DNA from: Gammaproteobacteria bacterium
GTDB lineage: Bacteria > Pseudomonadota > Gammaproteobacteria > S144-34
Reading direction: 5' to 3'
Assembly (NCBI GenBank): GCA_015494165.1
Contig: WGBS01000185.1
Coordinates: 1 to 31,191, forward strand
Length of the DNA: 31,191 bases
The position numbers and the translations under genes are program-made. This document shows, in pieces, positions 24,673-31,191 of this stretch. Each line of letters begins with the position of its first letter. Position 1 is the first letter of the stretch. A model generated the notes under the pieces. It saw nothing but the letters and a program-made list of their open reading frames with translations. It searched no databases and had not been told where the DNA came from.

Positions 24673-25644
24673 CTACGGCCCGCCGCCCCGTCGCGCCGCC
24701 GGCCCCTCGGGCGCGCCACCGCCGGGCCCCGCGCGGCGCCAGTTCTCGTCGTCGCGGTAGACCTCGTGGCGCGCCCAGCGCGCGAAGCTGCGCGCGTCGG
24801 TGACGCCGCTCGTGCGCCGCCCCGCGCCGGCGACGACCTTGTAGACGATCTGCCGCTCCGCGGGCGGCCGCGACTCGTCCCAGTCCACGATCTGGCGCAC
24901 CGACCAGGCCTCCCCGAACGCGCCGTTGCTGTAGCAGGCGCCGAGGCGCAGGTCCTCGGGCCGCAGCCCGGGCCCGGCCCCCGCGCCGCGCGTGGCGAGC
25001 TCGTAGATGCGCAGCAGGTCGGCCTCGCTCACGTCCATGAAGGTGTCGAGCTGGCTGAGGGCGTAGACGAAGCGCTCGTGGGGAATGGCCGGCGGACCTT
25101 CGCGCCGCGCGCGCGGCGCGAGCGCGAGCGGGTAGCGGCGCCAGCGGAAGGGCAGGTTCCAGGCCACGGCCGCGAGCACGATGGCGAGCGCATCCAGGCC
25201 CACGGGGCGCAGCACGTAGCCGAAGCCGACGTCGTGCACGGCGGCGCCGAGCAGGACCGCCGAGAGTGCCGTAGCCCCGCCCGGCGGGTGGATGCAGCGC
25301 GCGTAGTGCATCACGAGCACCGCCAGCGCCACGGCGAGCGGCCCCGCCACCAGCGGCTGCGGGACCGCCAGCGCCACCGCCACGCCCACCACGGCGGAGA
25401 GCAGGTGCCCGCCGAGCACCGGCCAGGGCTGGGCCAGCGGGCTGTGCGGCACGGCGAAGAGCAGCACCGCCGAGGCGCCCATGGAGGCGACGACGAGCGG
25501 CCCGCCCGGTGCCATCGCCCCGGCCCAGGCGAGGGCGAAGACGGTCAGGATGCCGACGAAGGCGCCCCCGCCCGAGACCCAGCGCTCGGTATGGCTGACG
25601 CGCTGCCGCTCGACGCCGAGCACCTCGAGCCACCGCCATGCCAT
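24673..25644 (-). CDS. HPP-family membrane protein with unrecognised C-terminal domain
   Basis: ASMGASAVLLFAVPHSPLAQPWPVLGGH, CIHPPGGATAL; about 140-aa soluble extension that is not CBS-like. Confidence 0.88.
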   Translation of the reverse strand: MAWRWLEVLGVERQRVSHTERWVSGGGAFVGILTVFALAWAGAMAPGGPLVVASMGASAVLLFAVPHSPLAQPWPVLGGHLLSAVVGVAVALAVPQPLVAGPLAVALAVLVMHYARCIHPPGGATALSAVLLGAAVHDVGFGYVLRPVGLDALAIVLAAVAWNLPFRWRRYPLALAPRARREGPPAIPHERFVYALSQLDTFMDVSEADLLRIYELATRGAGAGPGLRPEDLRLGACYSNGAFGEAWSVRQIVDWDESRPPAERQIVYKVVAGAGRRTSGVTDARSFARWARHEVYRDDENWRRAGPGGGAPEGPAARRGGGP

Positions 25645-25737
25645 GCCCCTGCCCTCCCGCGTGCCAGGAACCGGAGGGCCGCCATTGTAGCGGCCTGCTA
25701 GAATGGGAATCCGGACCGTTTCCGGGCGGAGCCCTCC

Positions 25738-26877
25738 ATGTCCACGCATCCCCAGGCCGCGCCCGCGCGCGAGCCCTTCCCCGCAGGCGCCTCCACCGCC
25801 GGCGAGTGGCGCGAGGCGGTGCGCGAGTGCGCGCGCGCCATCGGCCGCGGCCACGGCGCCGGCCTCGGCTTCGTCTACGCGACCGACGCCTGGGCCGACG
25901 CCTTCCCCGCCATCGTCGGCGCGCTGCGCGAGGAGACGGGCATCGAGCACTGGGCGGGCACGGTCGGCAGCGGCATCTGCTGGACCGGCCACGAGCACTA
26001 CGAGCGCCCGGGGCTCGCCGTCATGGCCGCACCGCTCCCCCCGGAGCGCTGGCGCCTGCTGCCGCCCTTGCGCGAGGACCTGAGCGCGCTCGCCGAGCAC
26101 GCCGACTGGCTCGGGCGCCTGGAGAGCTGCCTCGGCGTGGTCCACGGCGACCCGCACAACCCCCACCTGCCGCGCCTCATCGGCCAGCTCGCCACGGTGC
26201 TGCCGAACGGCTTCCTGGTGGGCGGGCTCACCTCCTCGCGCGGCCGCCACGTGCAGGTGGCGGGCGCGACCGCCGAGGGCTGCCTCTCGGGCGTGCTCCT
26301 CGACGGCGCCCTCGGGGTGCGCACCGCGCTCAGCCAGGGCTGCACCCCCATCGGCCAGCGCCACGTGGTCACCGAGTGCGAGCGCAACATCCTCATCGGC
26401 ATCGACGGCCGCCCGGCGCTCGACGTCTTCGAGGAGGAGATCGGCGAGGTGCTGGCGCGCGACCTGCGCCGCGCGGCGGGCTACATCTTCGCGGGCTTCC
26501 CCGTCCCCGGCGACGACACCGGCGACTACCTGGTCCGCAACATCGTGGGCGTCGACACCCGCCACCGCCTGCTCGCGGTGGGCGAGCTGCTCGAGCCCGG
26601 CCAGCCGCTGCTGTTCTGCCGGCGCGACGCCAACACCGCCTGGCGCGACCTCGAGCGCATGGCCGACGAGCTCGCCGCCCGCCTCGACCACCCGCCGCGC
26701 GGGGCGCTCTACTTCTCCTGCCTGGGGCGCGGCCGCCACACCTTCGGCGAGGGCTCGCGCGAGCTCGGCCTCATCCGCGAGCGCCTCGGCGAGGTGCCGC
26801 TGGTCGGCTTCTTCGCCAACGGCGAGATCCACCGCGACCGCCTCTACGGCTGGACCGGCGTGCTGGCCGTCTTCTGA
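25738..26877 (+). CDS. FIST-domain sensory protein
   Basis: FIST-N/C pattern: GGLTSS, LSQGCTPIG, DYLVRNIVG, YFSCLGRG, VGFFANGEI. Confidence 0.88.
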   Translation: MSTHPQAAPAREPFPAGASTAGEWREAVRECARAIGRGHGAGLGFVYATDAWADAFPAIVGALREETGIEHWAGTVGSGICWTGHEHYERPGLAVMAAPLPPERWRLLPPLREDLSALAEHADWLGRLESCLGVVHGDPHNPHLPRLIGQLATVLPNGFLVGGLTSSRGRHVQVAGATAEGCLSGVLLDGALGVRTALSQGCTPIGQRHVVTECERNILIGIDGRPALDVFEEEIGEVLARDLRRAAGYIFAGFPVPGDDTGDYLVRNIVGVDTRHRLLAVGELLEPGQPLLFCRRDANTAWRDLERMADELAARLDHPPRGALYFSCLGRGRHTFGEGSRELGLIRERLGEVPLVGFFANGEIHRDRLYGWTGVLAVF

Positions 26878-26894
26878 GCGCGACGGGAGCCGCC

Positions 26895-27938
26895 ATGGAG
26901 CGCCGCCCCCTCGGCGACAGCGGCATCGAGGTGAGCGTGCTCGCCCTGGGCACCATGACCTTCGGCGAGCAGAACACCGAGGCCGAGGCCCACGCCCAGC
27001 TCGACCGCGCCCTCGACGCCGGCGTCAACCTGATCGACACCGCAGAGATGTACCCGGTGCCGCCGCGCGCGGCCACGCAGGGCGAGACCGAGGCCATCAT
27101 CGGCCGCTGGCTGGCGAAGGCGCCCGGGCGGCGCGACCGCGTGGTCCTCGCCACCAAGGTGAGCGGGCGCGCCGACTGGCTGCCCTGGATCCGCGGGGGG
27201 CCGAGGCTCGCCGCCGCCCACGTGCGCGCCGCCCTCGAGGGGAGCCTCAGGCGCCTGCGCACCGACCATGTGGACCTCTACCAGGTGCACTGGCCGGACC
27301 GCAGCACCAACTTCTTCGGCCGTCTCGGCTACACGCCGGAGCCGGACCCGCCGGACGTGGTGCCGATCGAGGAGACGCTCGAGACGCTGGCGGCGCTGGC
27401 GCGCGAGGGCAAGGTGCGCGCCATCGGCGTCTCCAACGAGACGCCCTGGGGCGTGATGCGCTGGCTGCACGCGGCCGAGCGGGCGGGGCTCCCGCGCATC
27501 GCCTCCATCCAGAACCCCTACAGCCTGCTCAACCGCACCTACGAGATCGGGCTCGCCGAGATCTCCCACCGCGAGGGCGTGGGGCTGCTCGCCTACTCGC
27601 CGCTCGGCTTCGGTGTGCTCACGGGCAAGTACCTTGGCGGGGCGCGGCCGCCAAGGGCGAGGCTCACCCTGTATCCGGACTATCGCCGCTACAGCTCGCC
27701 GGAGGCCGAGCGCGCCACGGCCGAGTACGTGGCGCTCGCCCGCCGCCACGGCCTCGATCCCGCGCAGATGGCGCTCGCCTACGTGCGCACGCGCCCCTTC
27801 GTGACCTCGGTCATCCTCGGCGCCACCACCATGGAGCAGCTCGAGGCCGATCTCGCGAGCGCCGACCTCGAGCTGCCGCCAGAGGTGCTCGAGGGCATCG
27901 AGGCCATCCACGCGCGCCAGCCCAACCCCGCTCCCTAG
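26895..27938 (+). CDS. tas: NADP(H)-dependent aldo-keto reductase Tas
   Basis: LGTMTFGEQN, DTAEMYPVPP, DLYQVHWPDR.TN.FG, GVSNETPWG, QNPYSLLNR, AYSPLGFG.LTGKY. Confidence 0.9.
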   Translation: MERRPLGDSGIEVSVLALGTMTFGEQNTEAEAHAQLDRALDAGVNLIDTAEMYPVPPRAATQGETEAIIGRWLAKAPGRRDRVVLATKVSGRADWLPWIRGGPRLAAAHVRAALEGSLRRLRTDHVDLYQVHWPDRSTNFFGRLGYTPEPDPPDVVPIEETLETLAALAREGKVRAIGVSNETPWGVMRWLHAAERAGLPRIASIQNPYSLLNRTYEIGLAEISHREGVGLLAYSPLGFGVLTGKYLGGARPPRARLTLYPDYRRYSSPEAERATAEYVALARRHGLDPAQMALAYVRTRPFVTSVILGATTMEQLEADLASADLELPPEVLEGIEAIHARQPNPAP

Positions 27939-27973
27939 CCCGCGGACCGCGCGGGGGCGGGGGCGCGCTGCCG

Positions 27974-29071
27974 TCAGACGACCCGGAACTGCGGCAAGGC
28001 CTGGAGGCCGCCGCGCAGCACGCTCACCTCGATGCCGCGCTGCATGAGCAGGAAGGCCGCGGCCGAGGCGCGCCGCCCGGTGCGGCAGTAGCACACGTAG
28101 TGCGTGCCGGGGTCGAGCTCGTCGAGCCGCAGCCTGAGCTCGTGCAGCGGCAGGTTGACCGCGCCCGGCAGGTGGAAGCGGTGGAACTCCTTGGCGTGGC
28201 GCACGTCGAGCCAGCGCGCACCGGCGTTGACGCGCCGGCGCGCCTCGTCGGCCTCGATCCAGTGCAGCACGGGCTCCTTGAGCAGCGTGTCGAAGTCCTG
28301 CTTCGACAGGCGCAGCAGCACGCCGTCTGTCTCCATGGTGACGGTGGCGTTGCGCCGCCCCTCCGAGAGCAGCGCCTCCTCGCCGAAGCCCGCCCCCTGC
28401 GACAGGCGCGCGAGCTCGATGGTGCGCGTCACGCGCGCGCGCCCCTGGTCGATCAGATAGTAGTAGTCGCCCCGCTCGCCCTGGCGTACGACGACGTCGC
28501 CGGCGCGCACCGGCACGCGCTCGATGCGCTCGAGCAGCCGGCGCAGGTTGGCCGGCGGCACCGCCCGGAAGGGCAGGGCGCGAAGGAGCCGCCGCAGCCG
28601 GCGCCCCGCCTCCCCGTCCTCGCGCGTGTCCTCTCCGCCCGCGCCCTCCAGGGCCGTGATCTGGTCCCAGGTGAGCATGTAGTCGAGGAGGTTTGCGTCG
28701 ACGCGCAGCACCGTCACCGCCGTCATCGCCACGGCTGTCGCGCGCCGCGGCTGGCGGTCGCCGAGGGGATGGCGCGCCTCCTCGGTGCCGGCCTTGACGA
28801 TGCGCTCGGCGTCCTCCTCCGGGAAGAGCAGCCGCACCTGCCCCGAGAGCAGATAGAGCGCCTGGTTGTCGAGCTCCCCGCGCCGGAAGAGCACCGTCCC
28901 CGCCGGCTGGCTGTCGAGGCTCGCCAGGGAGACGAGCTCCTCGAGGCGCTCGTCGGAGAGGCTGCTCAGGGGCACCAGCTCGCGCAGCGCCGCCCGCTCC
29001 GGCAGCAGGCCGCGGGGCTCCGGCGCGGCCCCGCCCTCGCGCACCTCGTGCATCATGGCGCTCACCTCCAT
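27974..29071 (-). CDS. Tandem cNMP-binding domains fused to a C-terminal rhodanese domain
   Basis: Two CAP-like repeats (the second with FGEEALL...RNATV); rhodanese LDVR..EF...HLPGAVNLP and active loop CRTGRR. Start 29071, 29056 or 29053. Confidence 0.88.
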   Translation of the reverse strand: MEVSAMMHEVREGGAAPEPRGLLPERAALRELVPLSSLSDERLEELVSLASLDSQPAGTVLFRRGELDNQALYLLSGQVRLLFPEEDAERIVKAGTEEARHPLGDRQPRRATAVAMTAVTVLRVDANLLDYMLTWDQITALEGAGGEDTREDGEAGRRLRRLLRALPFRAVPPANLRRLLERIERVPVRAGDVVVRQGERGDYYYLIDQGRARVTRTIELARLSQGAGFGEEALLSEGRRNATVTMETDGVLLRLSKQDFDTLLKEPVLHWIEADEARRRVNAGARWLDVRHAKEFHRFHLPGAVNLPLHELRLRLDELDPGTHYVCYCRTGRRASAAAFLLMQRGIEVSVLRGGLQALPQFRVV

Positions 29072-29288
29072 CCGCGCGGGGCCGCCGGCGCACGGCCGGC
29101 CCCGCGCTCGTGTTCTTGTTGTTCTCCCTCCCGCCGGCGCGGAGGCCAGCGTCACGGAACTCTCCATGCTAGGCACCGCCGCGCGCGCTGCCGTGACGGC
29201 GGTCACGCCGCGCGGCTCTTGAAGGGCCACCCGGCGCGGCTATATTCACGGTAGAGCCCCTTGTCCTGTCGCAAGAGGAGGTGACGTC

Positions 29289-29516
29289 ATGATCGTCTCC
29301 ACCACCGATCCCATCACGGGCCGCGACATCAAGGACCCCGAGAACCACCCCTACGTCATCGAGGGCGAGGGCGAGATGGCGGTGAAGATCTACTTCGAGT
29401 CCGAGGAGACCAAGCGCCAGTACCTCGAGCTCGAGGTGGAGAACCCCGCCAAGCACTTCGAGCACAGCCTCGACAACCCCGCGGGGATGGGCCCCGGCGA
29501 CACCAAGCACGTCTGA
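29289..29516 (+). CDS. Small acidic hypothetical protein (YHS/TRASH-like, Cys-free)
   Basis: RBS GAGGAGG; TDPITG...IYFESEET echoes YHS DPVCG...YFCS; strong C/G third-position bias. Confidence 0.75.
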   Translation: MIVSTTDPITGRDIKDPENHPYVIEGEGEMAVKIYFESEETKRQYLELEVENPAKHFEHSLDNPAGMGPGDTKHV

Positions 29517-29556
29517 GGCCGGAGCCCGCCGGCGCGGGGCCGGCGGGCCGACCGTC

Positions 29557-30183
29557 ATGGCCGCGCAAGCGCCGCGCCCCGCGGCGGGGGTCGAATGCGA
29601 GCGCATCGTCGACGCCGCGGTCGCCCTCGCCGAGGAGCTGGGCTCGTGGGAGGCGGTGCGCCTGCACCACGTGGCCGACCGCCTCGGCATCGGCCTCGAG
29701 GAGGTGCGCGCCTGCTTTCCCGAGAAGGACGCCCTGATCGACGCCTGGTTCGACCGCGCCGACCGCGCGGCGCTGGCGGCCGCCCGCGCGCCGGGCTTCC
29801 GCCGCCGGCCGCTGCGGGCGCGCCTCGTTGCGGTCATCTGGGCATGGCTGGAGGCGCTCGCCGCCCACCGGCGCGTCACCCGGCAGATGATCCTCGCCAA
29901 GCTCGAGCCCGGACACATCCACATCCAGATCCCCGCCCTGGTGCGGATCAGCCGCACGGTGCAGTGGATGCGCGAGGCCGCCGGCATCGAGCACGCCGGC
30001 CCGCGGCGCGCGATCGAGGAGACCGCCCTCACCGCCATCTACCTCGCGGCCTTCGCCCGCTGGATAGCCGACGCCTCCCCGGATAGGATGGAGACCCGCC
30101 ACCTGCTCGAGCGGCTGGTGGCGGCCTTCGTCGCCGTCCACCGCCCGCGGGAGGCCGCTTGGACCCCTTCACCCACGCCCTGA
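29557..30183 (+). CDS. TetR/AcrR-family transcriptional regulator
   Basis: RIVDAAVALAEELGSWEAVRLHHVADRLGIGLEEVRACFPEKDAL HTH. Confidence 0.8.
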   Translation: MAAQAPRPAAGVECERIVDAAVALAEELGSWEAVRLHHVADRLGIGLEEVRACFPEKDALIDAWFDRADRAALAAARAPGFRRRPLRARLVAVIWAWLEALAAHRRVTRQMILAKLEPGHIHIQIPALVRISRTVQWMREAAGIEHAGPRRAIEETALTAIYLAAFARWIADASPDRMETRHLLERLVAAFVAVHRPREAAWTPSPTP

Positions 30184-31169
30184 GCGGCGCCCTCGCCGGG
30201 CGCGCGTTGAGCCCGCCCGGCGCCGAGCGCCGCCTGAGGCGCGCCGCCACGTGGACCGGCGTCGCGGCGGCGCTGGCGCCGGACCTCGACTATCTGCTGC
30301 GCCTGCTGGCCGACCCGCTGACCTACCTCAACTGGCACCGCACCTTCACGCACGCCCTGCCCCTGCTGCCCCTGTGGGCGGGCCTGCTCGCCTGGCTGCT
30401 GCGCCCGGCGCGCCGCCTGCTGGGGATGCGGCGTGTCTGGGCGCTGTGCCTCGCGGGCATGGCCGTGCACGTGGCCGGAGACCTCATCACGCCCTTCGGC
30501 ACCGCCCTGCTGTGGCCGCTGAGCGGGCGGCGCTTCAGCCTCGAGAGCACCTTCGTAGTGGATCCGCTGGTGACGGCTCCGCTCGCCGCCGGCGTGCTCG
30601 CCGGTGCGCGCTGGGGCCTGCGGCGCACCGCGCTCGCCGCGCTCGCCGCCGCGGCGGCCGTGGTGGGCCTCGAGGCGGGGCTCCACCAGCGCGCCCTCGC
30701 GATCGCGCGCGCCCACGCCGCCGCGCTGGGGATCGCGCGCGACCGCGCGCGGGCGCTGCCCCAGCCGCTCTCGCCGCTGCGCTGGAAGCTCGTGGTGGAG
30801 ACGCCCGCGGGCTACGAGGTCGCGCACGTGCGCCTCGGCACGGGCGGCGTGGCGCACGCGGCCGGCGGCGACGGCTGGCTGGAGCGCATCGCCTCGGTCT
30901 ACCGCCCCGCGGGCGCCCTGCGCTGGGAGGCGCTGGAGCATCCGGGGCGCGGGGGGCGGTCGCCGCTGGTCGCCGCCGCCTGGGCGCGGCCCGAGCTCGA
31001 GGGCTTCCGCCGCTTCGCGGCCATGCCCTTCGTGCTGGCCGCGGGCCGCGACGCGGCCGGGCGCGAATGCGTGTGGCTCTCGGATCTGCGCTTCGTCGTG
31101 CCGGGCCTGCCGCCGCCCTTTCGCTTCGAGCTCTGCCGCGGCGCCCTGGGCGGCCTCAGTCCGCCATGA
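30159..31169 (+). CDS. Inner-membrane metal-dependent hydrolase (YdjM/LexA-binding-like family)
   Basis: DPFTH, PDLD, HRTFTH, H..GDLITPFGT motifs with hydrophobic segments; TTG start overlapping the TetR end. Confidence 0.85.
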   Translation: MDPFTHALSGALAGRALSPPGAERRLRRAATWTGVAAALAPDLDYLLRLLADPLTYLNWHRTFTHALPLLPLWAGLLAWLLRPARRLLGMRRVWALCLAGMAVHVAGDLITPFGTALLWPLSGRRFSLESTFVVDPLVTAPLAAGVLAGARWGLRRTALAALAAAAAVVGLEAGLHQRALAIARAHAAALGIARDRARALPQPLSPLRWKLVVETPAGYEVAHVRLGTGGVAHAAGGDGWLERIASVYRPAGALRWEALEHPGRGGRSPLVAAAWARPELEGFRRFAAMPFVLAAGRDAAGRECVWLSDLRFVVPGLPPPFRFELCRGALGGLSPP

Positions 31170-31191
31170 AGGGCGCGTGCGCCCCGCGCGG

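Noticed and set aside
1653-29254. Many long Arg/Ala/Pro-rich alternate-frame ORFs (e.g. 1653-3254, 3665-5530, 3814-5634, 13120-14673, 20008-21744, 26844-29093)
   Set aside because: Shadow ORFs expected at this GC content; they overlap well-supported genes and have no motifs.

Overview
Very GC-rich bacterial chromosome segment. Gene content and order (rhlB, yrfG/cysQ, asmA-mutY-yggX-tRNA-Phe, thiS-thiG-trmB, proteobacterial phosphoribulokinase) point to a gammaproteobacterium, probably an autotroph; this is inference only. Housekeeping blocks flank a decaying ~6 kb accessory region (about 8.56-14.73 kb) abutting the 3' end of tRNA-Phe. That region holds an intact-looking P4-type integrase followed directly by a RelB/RelE-type toxin-antitoxin pair, a 4-Cys MerR regulator with a Cys-free HMA-fold partner, a truncated ICE-type ParA, a TetR gene with a doubly lesioned nitroreductase/NADP-oxidoreductase operon, and an IS110 (IS1111-type) remnant whose transposase is dead but whose 3' non-coding (bridge/seek RNA-like) region still shows perfect stems. 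Other notable items are a tRNA-complementary stretch in the integrase leader, a sigma54-type PEP-CTERM-like gene, heptad GGG-N4 repeats at two loci, a divergent HPP/FIST pair and a tandem cNMP-binding-rhodanese fusion. All family calls come from motif recognition by eye; no searches were run, and start codons are best guesses.
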